Of a stretch of 64,000 bases of DNA, positions 20,542 through 29,626 are shown in pieces. Under the pieces are notes generated by a model. That model was given only the letters and a program-made list of their open reading frames with translations, searched no databases and was not told where the DNA came from. Origin of the DNA: an uncultured Methanosarcinaceae archaeon (GTDB lineage Archaea > Halobacteriota > Methanosarcinia > Methanosarcinales > Methanosarcinaceae); assembly GCA_963847185.1 (NCBI GenBank), contig CAWJYV010000005.1:1-64000 (forward strand), in the 5' to 3' direction. The position numbers and the translations under genes were made by a program. Position 1 is the first letter of the stretch; each line of letters starts with the position of its first letter.

Positions 20542-20708
20542 AGCTCCTTAGATTTCTATTTTTTTTCTATTCCTCTCGTATTTAGCCGTGCTCTATGAGT
20601 TTAGCTGATTTTTCATGTTTAGATGTGCTTTCTGCATTTAGTTATGCTTTCTGCATTAGTTGTTCTCTACAGTTAGCTGTTCTTTGCATTTAGATTAGAA
20701 TTCTGCAT

Positions 20709-21968
20709 TTATAGATTAAGCTCTTCTAAGGAGATATCAGGATTTCTGGCAGTAGCTACTGGCTTTATCTGATAAAGTGTGAAATCTTCTTTCAGGCGTT
20801 TATACCCTCCACCAGCAATGTTAAGAAGAATGGTTTCGTCTGTCCCGACATTTCCGGCTTCCACGGCTTTCATGAGAGAAGCTGCTGCAACTGCTGAAGG
20901 AGGCAGGATATCTATTCCTTCAAGGGATTCGAATAGAGTTTTAGCCTCCAGAGCTTCTTCTTTAGTAATTGCGTACATTATCCCATCGGTCTCGACAAGC
21001 GCATCATAGAGCCCGCCTGTAACGCCGTATGGGGGAGCCCGATTTGTAAGTACAGTAGCATAAGTTTCTTCTATCTGTTTCTTTGCATCCTTCATGTCGA
21101 GCTCAGGAATAATCTGCCTTCTTTTTTCCTGCCAGGCGTTATACATTGGGACAAAAGGCAGGTTCTGGGAAAGCTGAAGTTTTGGAAGCTTTTGTCCGAA
21201 TCGCCCATCAGTTCTTAAGCGTAATGAGGCTTCCCATGCTGAAACTCCCCCAGTGCCGCTACCGACTGCCTGGAAGTAATGGTCAGGCATCTTTCCTATA
21301 GTTACTGCCGCATCCAGCATTACAGTGCCCATTCCTTCCCTCCTGGCGACATTTCTGGCCCCTCCTTCGGAAATCATGCCTGGGAGTTTTGCAACCCTTC
21401 CTGCAAGATTGATAGCATCAGTATAGTCATTTCCAGGGCTCATGCCAATGAGATGAATGGATTCGGTAGGTTCTTCAGGCAACCAGAGCTTCGAAATTCC
21501 GGACTCAGGCACAACTATGTAAACATCTGTTCCTGTCAAAGCCGAGACATGGGCAAAAGCTCTTCCTGTGTTGCCTGCAGAGGCGAGGACGATGGCTTTT
21601 CCCCCGCTTTCTTTTAGGAGCTGCATAGTAGGGTAAGCTTCGAGTTCTTTAAAACTGCAGGTTTTGATAAAAGCCCCTCTTTCGGGCCAGTATCCGCTGA
21701 ACCCTATGTAAAGATTTGAAAGCCCGAGTTCTCGGGCAAGGGCTTCACTTTTGTAGGTGATGGGCCCGGCATCTGTAGTAAGCTCTTCCTGAATTGGAAG
21801 CCAGGAATGGAACCTTCCGATTCCGGGCTGTTTTCTTAGCTCCAGCTTTTTTTCGCTGTAATCCGCCCTCAGAAGTGAGTCATCGTTCTCACAAGTGAGT
21901 CTGTATCGTTGACCGTATTCTGTTCCGCACTTCAAGCATTTTAGTGTGAATCTTCCCATTGCTATCAA
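20709..21968 (-). CDS. Cysteate synthase
   Basis: Threonine-synthase-like PLP enzyme: SGYWPE, TCSFKELEA, ASAGNTGRAF, QAVGSGTGG; upstream of comDE. Confidence 0.92.
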   Translation of the reverse strand: MIAMGRFTLKCLKCGTEYGQRYRLTCENDDSLLRADYSEKKLELRKQPGIGRFHSWLPIQEELTTDAGPITYKSEALARELGLSNLYIGFSGYWPERGAFIKTCSFKELEAYPTMQLLKESGGKAIVLASAGNTGRAFAHVSALTGTDVYIVVPESGISKLWLPEEPTESIHLIGMSPGNDYTDAINLAGRVAKLPGMISEGGARNVARREGMGTVMLDAAVTIGKMPDHYFQAVGSGTGGVSAWEASLRLRTDGRFGQKLPKLQLSQNLPFVPMYNAWQEKRRQIIPELDMKDAKKQIEETYATVLTNRAPPYGVTGGLYDALVETDGIMYAITKEEALEAKTLFESLEGIDILPPSAVAAASLMKAVEAGNVGTDETILLNIAGGGYKRLKEDFTLYQIKPVATARNPDISLEELNL

Positions 21969-22190
21969 AGAAAATTATGTTTCTATTGTTAAATATATAT
22001 TCCTGAATTTTGAATAAAATTTCCTTTTTGTGCTTTCTTTTCAAAGTAATATCCTTAAATGGATATTTGGTTCTTTTAAAAGGAAGAAAATTGCTTTATA
22101 TGATAAATAGAGCAGTAAAAGTAAATAAGGCAGTTAAAGGGAGAGAAGGAGAATTTTAGAGAGGAAATCTAACAAATCTTTTATAATTAC

Positions 22191-22250
22191 TAGAGCTTTA
22201 AAGCTAACTGTAGAGCTTTAAAGCTAACTGTAGAGCTTTAAAGCTAACTG
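22191..22250. repeat. Perfect 20-bp tandem repeat x3
   Basis: (TAGAGCTTTAAAGCTAACTG)3. Confidence 0.9.
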
Positions 22251-22259
22251 ATTTGAGGA

Positions 22260-22766
22260 TTAAACTGATTTTGGGTTGGTCTCATAAAAGATCGGCGGAG
22301 TGGATTTTGCATGCTCACTACTTCTTCTGGAACCGTCAGGGTAAATAATAGTAAGGGTATCCACCTGCACCTCAAATTCTCGAGGTTCATGCAGGTAATA
22401 AATGTCACTTTTTCTAGAGACATTCAACATCTGAAGGGAAGCACTTGATCCTCCTATCTTCTGGATCTTTACTTCCGGAAATTCAGAAAAGATTTCCTTA
22501 ATTTTAGGCTCCAGATTCTTGCTGCCAAAAAGGAATATGTATACCTGGGCGAAGGAGCTGAGATGATAATTTATATTGACAGTTGCATCAGCCTTCTTAA
22601 ACTGCATTACCATGCTGTCTATGTGAATGTATTTCCCTTCCCTGAACTGCTCGGCGTTGTTTCCTGGAGTTACTCTGGCAGCCATTAAAGCAACAGAGAT
22701 GATAAGGGCAATTAAAACTATAGCTTTTATTTTCATAGTCCACTCAGTAATATCTCTTTCCTGCAA
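22260..22766 (-). CDS. Hypothetical secreted/membrane-anchored protein
   Basis: N-terminal hydrophobic segment IKAIVLIALIISVALMA; 168-aa open frame. Confidence 0.65.
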   Translation of the reverse strand: MQERDITEWTMKIKAIVLIALIISVALMAARVTPGNNAEQFREGKYIHIDSMVMQFKKADATVNINYHLSSFAQVYIFLFGSKNLEPKIKEIFSEFPEVKIQKIGGSSASLQMLNVSRKSDIYYLHEPREFEVQVDTLTIIYPDGSRRSSEHAKSTPPIFYETNPKSV

Positions 22767-23063
22767 CTATTTTTCTGTCCGGTTTCTTCCCCTTCAAAAT
22801 AGAAGTCAGCAGGAAATAGGAATCAGTAGGAAATAGGAGTCAGTAGGATTCAGGTCTTATTTTTTCCTTCAAGCTTACCGATTTTAGTGTCAGATACTAT
22901 TCTCGCTCGTGATAAGATTTAACTTTATTTCTGTATATTTCATTGTTGTATATTTTATTTCTCTATATATATTTTGATCTTCTGCAACACAATTAAATAT
23001 CGAAAGAGTAAAACTATCCCAACTCTTTCCAACAATCCGAAAAATCACAATGAGGCCCTAAAA

Positions 23064-23273
23064 ATGAGCAAAAATATTCACTTCACCTGCCCCAAATGCG
23101 GAAACATCTCCTATGAAACCGGCGAGATCCGCACCACCGGGGGCTTTCTCAGCAAACTCTTCGATCTCCAGAACAAGAAATTTACCCACGTCACCTGCAA
23201 ACGCTGTAAATATACCGAATTCTACCAGGCAGACAGCAGTATGCTCGGGAACATTTTCGACCTGTTTACATAA
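23064..23273 (+). CDS. Zinc-ribbon protein
   Basis: CPKCG...GG.LSKLFD.Q..KF..VTCKRCKYTEFY. Confidence 0.8.
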   Translation: MSKNIHFTCPKCGNISYETGEIRTTGGFLSKLFDLQNKKFTHVTCKRCKYTEFYQADSSMLGNIFDLFT

Positions 23274-23494
23274 AGCTGAGCTGACAACAGAGTTTTAGTG
23301 AAAATTACCTTTTCTCCGTTCTCTTTTTTTGACTTTTTGATTGCTTATTAATCGGAACTGGAGAATAGCATCCTTAACGGAGATTTTTCACGCTCGACGG
23401 AGAAGAGCGGCCTGCGAGAGGCAAAAAGCTGAAAGAAATTTTCGTGAATATTTTAATGCAAAAAAGTCACTTCTATTTGTTAGCACCAGTTTTT

Positions 23495-26361
23495 AGTTGA
23501 ATAATACAGACTTTCTTATTCATTGATTGGAATAAATATAGGGCAACATTTCTCTTTTATTTCTTCTGGTTTAAGGTTTGTTAGGTCCTTTGCGTTTTCT
23601 TCATACATTAATGGTGAATATTTTTCTATAATTGAGCAATTTTTTCATTTTCAATTTTATTCGTAATCTATTCTTTCGTAGAATTTCAATAAATCTATTG
23701 ACTTCCTTATTAATTTTCTCGCTTTCTCTTTTTATGAGGGCTGATTGTTCTTCCGGCTCTTCTCCGTGAAGCTCTTTGATCAATGAAACCTTCTTATCAG
23801 TCAGAGTTTTTGCTCTCTCTAATATCTCTCGTTCTTCTATTATTGGCATCCACTTAGTGTCTATTGCCGCCTGTCCCTGAGCGATATCCCTGGCAGAATA
23901 AAATTCTGTATTTATTGAAGCAAGTAAAACAAATTGTTCGTAAATTCCTTCTATTGGTTCTTTGATAGCATTTTTTACTTGCTCCTTATGTGAGTTTTTG
24001 TCGAGAGTCAAAAGTATACCAGAAGAGCCACCGCTTATTTTATCTTCATACGGAAAAATTCCATTTGCCATTATGAATGCCTTATTACCTGGATATTGAG
24101 GATTATTTAGATCTCCTTCAGCGACTTGATAAAAACGTTTTGTGCCTGGATTGGTCTGTGGAACAAGCAATATATCACATTTTTCGATGAAACGTAGCCT
24201 TAATTTGTCAAGATATTCAAAACAGATAAGAATTCCAAGTTTCAATCTCTCACTTACTTTGAATATATATTTCAGTTCTCCACGATTCATGCATTCTTGT
24301 TTACCTTGAGATCTTCAAAATACTCACAAAACTCAATTATTCTAGTAACCGGCTTTTCTTGACCTGTAATTTTAAAAATAATTTGCTCTTCTCTTTTTAT
24401 TGGAATATAAGGAACAAATATTTCTTTTTTGCTGCGTAAAGGTTCATCAAATATCTTCTTTTCCCCTACTATTATTGTTAGTATGCTCTTTATTCTTTCC
24501 GGGTCGTTAAACTTTATTCTGAGTTTCCAGTTACGATATGATATTTCAGGATCAATTAACTCACATTCATTTTTGATTATAAATCTGATTTTTTCAAATA
24601 CTTTATTGTCTATCTCTTTTAAGTCAAGTGATTTTGGAAGTATAGAGCCTTCATGTTCTGATCTCTCATTATCTTCTATTCTTTTGTTAGGGTCGTCTAA
24701 AATTCCTGTATGAGAAGCATTTAATGTGAAATATTTTCCCCTGTATAATATGATGGCAACTTCAGGAGTTATACTACTAGGATCCTCTTAAAACTTTTCA
24801 GCAGGACACCTAAATTGTTAAGTGCTCCTCCTACAAATGATTGGTATACTGCGTTTTCTGGGTCATCATTTAAGAGTTTTTGTCCCATATCAAGTGCCAT
24901 TTCATACCTTTGTTTTGCCTCTTCGATGCGCCCCATCTTTCTAAGCAAGACACCTAAATTGTTAAGTGTCCCTCCTACATATGATTGGTAAGCGACATTT
25001 TCGGGGTCTGTTTTAAGGAGTTTTTGCCTCATTTCTAGCGCTTTTTCATACCTTTGTTTTGCCTCTTCGATGTGCCCAATCATTTTAAGCAAGATACCTA
25101 AATTATTGAGTGTTGTAGCCACATATGATTGGTACGTAACGTTTTCGGGGTCTGTTTTAAGGAGTTTTTGCCTCATTTCTAGCGCTTTTTCGTATTTGTC
25201 CTTAGCATCTTTGACACGCCGCATATCAGAAAGCAAGTTTCCTAAATTGTTGAGTGTTGTTCCTACGTATGATTGGTAAGCAACGTTATCAGGGTCGTTT
25301 TTGAGCAGTTTTTCATAAATCACTAGCGCCTTTTCGTACCTTTGTTTTGCCTCTTCGATGTGCCCCATCTTTTTAAGAAAGTTTCCTAAATTGTTAAGTG
25401 TCATTGCGACATCTGATAGATATACGATGTTTTCGGGGTCATCGTTTAGGAGTTTTTGTCTCATTTCTAGCGCCTTTTCGTATTTGACCTTAGCATCTTC
25501 GATGCACCCCATAGCAGAAAGCAAGACACCTAAATTGTTGAGCGCTGCTCTCACAAATGATTGATATACGATGTTATCAGGGTTGTTCAGAAGCAGTTTA
25601 TCATAAGTATAGAGCGCTTTTTCGTACTTTCCTTTCGCATCTTCAATGAGACCCATATGAGAAAGCAAGGCACCTAAATTGTTATGTGTCTCTGCGACAT
25701 CTGATTGATACACTGCGTTTTAGGGTCTGTTTTAAGTATTTTTTGTCTCATCTCTAGTGCTTTTTCGTAATCTGTCCTTAGCATCTTCGATACACCCATA
25801 TCAGAAAGCAAGGCACCTAAATTGTTGAGTGTCTCTGCGACGACTGATTGGTAAGCTACGTTATCTGGGTCGTTTGTGAGCAGTTTTTCATAAATGTTTA
25901 GCGCTTTTTCGTTATACTTTCTTTCATCCTTGATGCAAATTCGCGTATCAGAAAGCAAGGCACCTAAATTGTTGAGTGTTGTTCCCACATATGATTGGTA
26001 CACTACGTTATCAGGGTCGTTTTTGAGTAGTTAATTGAGAGAGTGAGTTCATAGAAATTTTGCCTGAAGAAACGTCCCATTGTAGAAAATATTCAAGGTG
26101 CCGATAGCCAGATCAGCTGAATATGATAGACTAGTCTTCAATTTTTGAGAGAAGCCTTCACAGCTTTAGGAAAGGATTATTTTAAGGCTTCTTCCACTAA
26201 TCGCATATTTATAGCTGGATGTAGAGAAAATAGCATCAGCTTCTCGCTTGAATTCTTCAGCTTTTGAAGCTTCTCTAAGGCTTCCTTATATTTGCTCTCT
26301 TGCATAGCTCTAAAGCTTCATTTAAGTGATCTACTGCTGAATCTCTCAAACCCTTGGACAT
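23495..26361 (-). pseudogene. Fragmented large TPR + carbon-nitrogen hydrolase (nitrilase-like) gene
   Basis: Start MSKGLRDSAVDHLNEA at 26361; frameshifted 48-aa TPR fragments (25674-26003, 24769-25713); C-terminal fragment with LGILICFEY and DILLVPQTN. Confidence 0.7.
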
Positions 26362-26464
26362 AGCTAAAATATATAATTATTAGTATTTTACTTGCGTGTT
26401 TTATGTTGTAACTGTAACAAAAATCATGCGATTATAACTGATTTTTTTCTTTCTTTTTGTATAC

Positions 26465-26491
26465 AGGAAAGCCCCGCGCCCTAGGCGCGTA
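26465..26491. mobile_element. Isolated IS200/IS605-like end hairpin
   Basis: AGGAAAGCCCCGCGCCCTAGGCGCGTA, a GC-rich hairpin in AT-rich intergenic DNA. Confidence 0.35.
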
Positions 26492-26513
26492 GAAATTCGG
26501 TCTTAGAAGCCTA

Positions 26514-27305
26514 TTATGGTTGCCCAGGGTTCGATTTTAAGTTTTTTAACTTTTTCCGCGTGAAGCTGAGTTCTTCCTCGACCTTTTTGTTTTCGGGATC
26601 ACTTTTGTTCAGATCATCCAGGATTTCAAGGGCTTTTTCGAGATTCTTTTTTGCCTCTTCTTTTTGCCCTTTTTCATAAAACAGAATTCCAAGGTTCTGG
26701 AGGGCCATTACTTTGTCTGAGATGTGCTCCAGATCTCCAGGGTAATCATTGAGGAGCTTTTCATATATTTCGAGGGCTTTTTCGAGATTCTTTTTTGCTT
26801 CTTCGGTTTGGCCCATTTCTGCGAGCAGTTCTCCGAGATTATTGAGAGTGTTTCCGGCGTATGTCTGGCAAAAATCGTTCTCTGGCTGGGATTCGAGCCT
26901 TCTCTGGCAAATTTCGAGGCCTGTTTCATAGCTTTGTTTCGAGGTTTGGAAGTTGCCAATTCTCCGGAATATGTTGCCAAGGTTTCCGATGTTGTTCAGG
27001 TTTGCTTCGAGAATATCGAAGTAAAGTTCGTATTCCAAATCCTTATTGAGGAGTTCTTCGTTGGTTTTCAGGATAAAGGTATAGATTTCCAGGGCTTCCT
27101 TAAATCTGCTTAGAGATTCCAGGATTTTACCTTTCAATTCTAAAATATGTAATAAAACGGCTTCGTCTTTTGCTTCGTATGCAGCTTCTTCGGCTTTTTT
27201 AAGAGGTTCCAGGGCTTCTTCTAGCTTTCCTGTTTGAATCATGTCCAGTGATGCGTTGAAATGAATTACTGCTTCTCCTATCAACTGCTCGGATGTCTCG
27301 GCCAT
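26514..27305 (-). CDS. Tetratricopeptide repeat protein
   Basis: TLNNLGELL...EEAKKNLEKALEI repeats; likely start MAETSEQ. Confidence 0.85.
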   Translation of the reverse strand: MAETSEQLIGEAVIHFNASLDMIQTGKLEEALEPLKKAEEAAYEAKDEAVLLHILELKGKILESLSRFKEALEIYTFILKTNEELLNKDLEYELYFDILEANLNNIGNLGNIFRRIGNFQTSKQSYETGLEICQRRLESQPENDFCQTYAGNTLNNLGELLAEMGQTEEAKKNLEKALEIYEKLLNDYPGDLEHISDKVMALQNLGILFYEKGQKEEAKKNLEKALEILDDLNKSDPENKKVEEELSFTRKKLKNLKSNPGQP

Positions 27306-27354
27306 AATAAAAAAAGGTGCTTGCAACGTTTTAAGGCTATGTTTTAGGCAGTAT

Positions 27355-27460
27355 TTTTTCTTCATGTTGCTTTTTTTTTCATGTTGTTTTTTTTTTCATG
27401 TTGTTTTTTTTTTCATGTTGTTTTTTTCTTCATGTTGTTTTTTTCTTCATGCTGCTTTTT
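27355..27460. repeat. 17-bp tandem repeat x6 with poly-T tracts
   Basis: TCATG(T/C)TG recurs at 27362, 27379, 27396, 27413, 27430 and 27447. Confidence 0.85.
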
Positions 27461-27621
27461 CGAAGTTCTCTACCTCCTTTTTCCCCAACTCCTTTATATA
27501 TTATCAAAAGCTTAAATATAGATGTTTGAAGTTTCATATCTTTCTTTAACCATGTTTTTTGAATATTTTGAAGCTTATCTATATTCAAAAAGGATATTAG
27601 GGAAAGGGAAATGACACGGAT

Positions 27622-28056
27622 ATGGGAACAGAGGGAGAAACAGATAGGGAAAGTCAGGGGAAGGATAGAATCGAGACTTCTAAAAAGAGCAGGCACGAAA
27701 AAACATACTTTATACTTGTGAGCATCTTTCTTGCAATTATTCTTTTTTACACTCTATATATCGGAGAGCTTCTTTGGGGCATAGTAATTGATGTCCTGGT
27801 TCTGAGGCTTTATTTCCTCATGAAGAGGGAAAGGCGCTATTTAGCCGAGTGCGACCAAAATGAAGATGAAGCCGGAATTCCGCATGATCCCGGGATGAAA
27901 AGAAAGATTTGGATTGTGAATATGCTAATCACCCTTTTTGTACTCGGGCTGGTTATTTATTCCTACTTTTCTTTCCAGTTCATATGGGGTGTCGTTGCGG
28001 GTTTGCTGATATTACTTTATATCCACATGCTACTGTTTACAAAAGACAACCTCTAA
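27622..28056 (+). CDS. Small membrane protein with two LonB-membrane-anchor-like hairpins
   Basis: Two hydrophobic hairpins each containing (L/I)WG; the second is 19/33 identical to the LonB anchor in this window. Confidence 0.7.
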   Translation: MGTEGETDRESQGKDRIETSKKSRHEKTYFILVSIFLAIILFYTLYIGELLWGIVIDVLVLRLYFLMKRERRYLAECDQNEDEAGIPHDPGMKRKIWIVNMLITLFVLGLVIYSYFSFQFIWGVVAGLLILLYIHMLLFTKDNL

Positions 28057-28238
28057 CCTCTAATTTCTCAGTTCTTATTCAATTTCCTATTTTCCTTTGA
28101 TTTTCCTTTGGCTTCTAAGTGTTCTAGGTTCCTTATTCTTCTTGGGTTTCAAAATGTTCTCCTGTTTCTTATTTTTCCTGGGCTTCTTAGTGTCTCAGGT
28201 TTCCATATTTTCCAGATCTATCAGTTTTCTTGAATCTA

Positions 28239-29021
28239 TCAGTTTTCTTGGAGGCTTTCCAGTCTTTTTCGAGTTAATTCAATGTCTCCTTTGATTTTTT
28301 CATTTTCAGGTTGTTGAGTAAGCAGTTTCTCCTGTATGGAAAGGGCTTTTTCGAGAGTTTGTTTTGAAGGGTAATTGTTTTCGGGGGATTGCTGAAGGAG
28401 GCAGTTTCCTAAATTGCTGAGCGCGACTGAGAGTTCTGCCTGATAGCCTGGGTTTTCGGGACTGTCTTCGAGGAGCTTTTCGTAGATTTCGATTGCTTCT
28501 TTCTGGATATTGCAGGCTTCTTCAAAAGAAGCAGTTTCGAGAAGAAGGGAGGCATAGTTGTTGAGATTTTCGCCGGCATAGGATTTGAAAACGGCATTTT
28601 TTGGATCCAGGACCATGAGATTTATGTATATTTCGCGGGCGCAGGAATAAGATTCGGCAGCTTTTGAATTTTCGCCTTTCTTTTTAAGCAGGTTTCCAAC
28701 ATTGCTCAGGGTTGTGGCCATATAATGCTGGTAGTTGTTGTTTTCGGGGTCGCTTTCGAGAAGCTCTTCACCTGCTACAAGAGCTTTTTCGTAAGTATTG
28801 AGGGCATCCTCGTATTTTGCTGCGGAATAAAAGATACCTCCGCGGGTGAAAAGAATATAGTACAGGGCGTCAGTAGACTTTGATTTTCTTGCCGAGCTTT
28901 CAGCTTTATCAAGAGTTTCAAGGGCTTTATCCAGGCTACCTTTCTTAATCTGGGATACGGCAGTATTGATTTGCTTCAGAAGGAGAAGATCTTTCACCTT
29001 GCTTCTGGACATTCTGAACAT
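28239..29021 (-). CDS. Tetratricopeptide repeat protein
   Basis: YQHYMATTLSNVGNLL, NLNNYASLL, ALSNLGNCL repeats. Confidence 0.85.
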   Translation of the reverse strand: MFRMSRSKVKDLLLLKQINTAVSQIKKGSLDKALETLDKAESSARKSKSTDALYYILFTRGGIFYSAAKYEDALNTYEKALVAGEELLESDPENNNYQHYMATTLSNVGNLLKKKGENSKAAESYSCAREIYINLMVLDPKNAVFKSYAGENLNNYASLLLETASFEEACNIQKEAIEIYEKLLEDSPENPGYQAELSVALSNLGNCLLQQSPENNYPSKQTLEKALSIQEKLLTQQPENEKIKGDIELTRKRLESLQEN

Positions 29022-29626
29022 AAGAGGAAAATGACCTTTGTTTTTTTAAATAGCTGTCGATATCAGTTTATGACTCTTTATTCAGGCCCGGGTAAGCCTG
29101 CAGGATAAAAATTTTCGAATTTTTTACTGTGGTTAGCTCCGGTTTAAACTCTTTGATTTTATCCGCGATTTCGACATAATGTTAAATGTATATATAGGGG
29201 AGATATCATAGAGAGGTTAAAAAATTCTTGTAGACTTGCTTTAAAACTAAATTTTATCTTAGAGTTTTAAGAAAATGCAATCAACTTTATAGTATAAACA
29301 CAATAGTATAAAATGACAGGAATTATTTAGCAAATTAGTATGACAACAAATTTGCAAATTAATATAATAACAGATTTAGCAAATAGTATATAAAGAAAGG
29401 TTTGTATATACTGTAATGCACATTATAGGTTAATTTTATATACTGCAAGTATATATAATTAGCCGAAGTTTGAATGGGGTTACAGTAACTTCAGGGTTTG
29501 TTATTGTGACATCCGCTTTTTGCCAATCATTCTATAACTAAGTCCTTTATTTTTTTCAAAAGCGTCAAGTATATAATATCGATCAGATAACGACTATTAA
29601 ATAACGTTATAACACGTGAGATAACC

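Noticed and set aside
20580-20705. Degenerate TGCTTTCTGCATTTAG repeats (similar at 5385-5440)
   Set aside because: Typical low-complexity Methanosarcina intergenic repeats; no evidence of function
22191-22250. Possible CRISPR array (also 27355-27460, 34537-34606, 55070-55250)
   Set aside because: Repeats are head-to-tail with no unique spacers and there are no cas genes
27364-27696. ORFs 27364-27549 and 27430-27696, and the extended start of the TPR gene at 27365
   Set aside because: Artefacts of the 17-bp T-rich repeat
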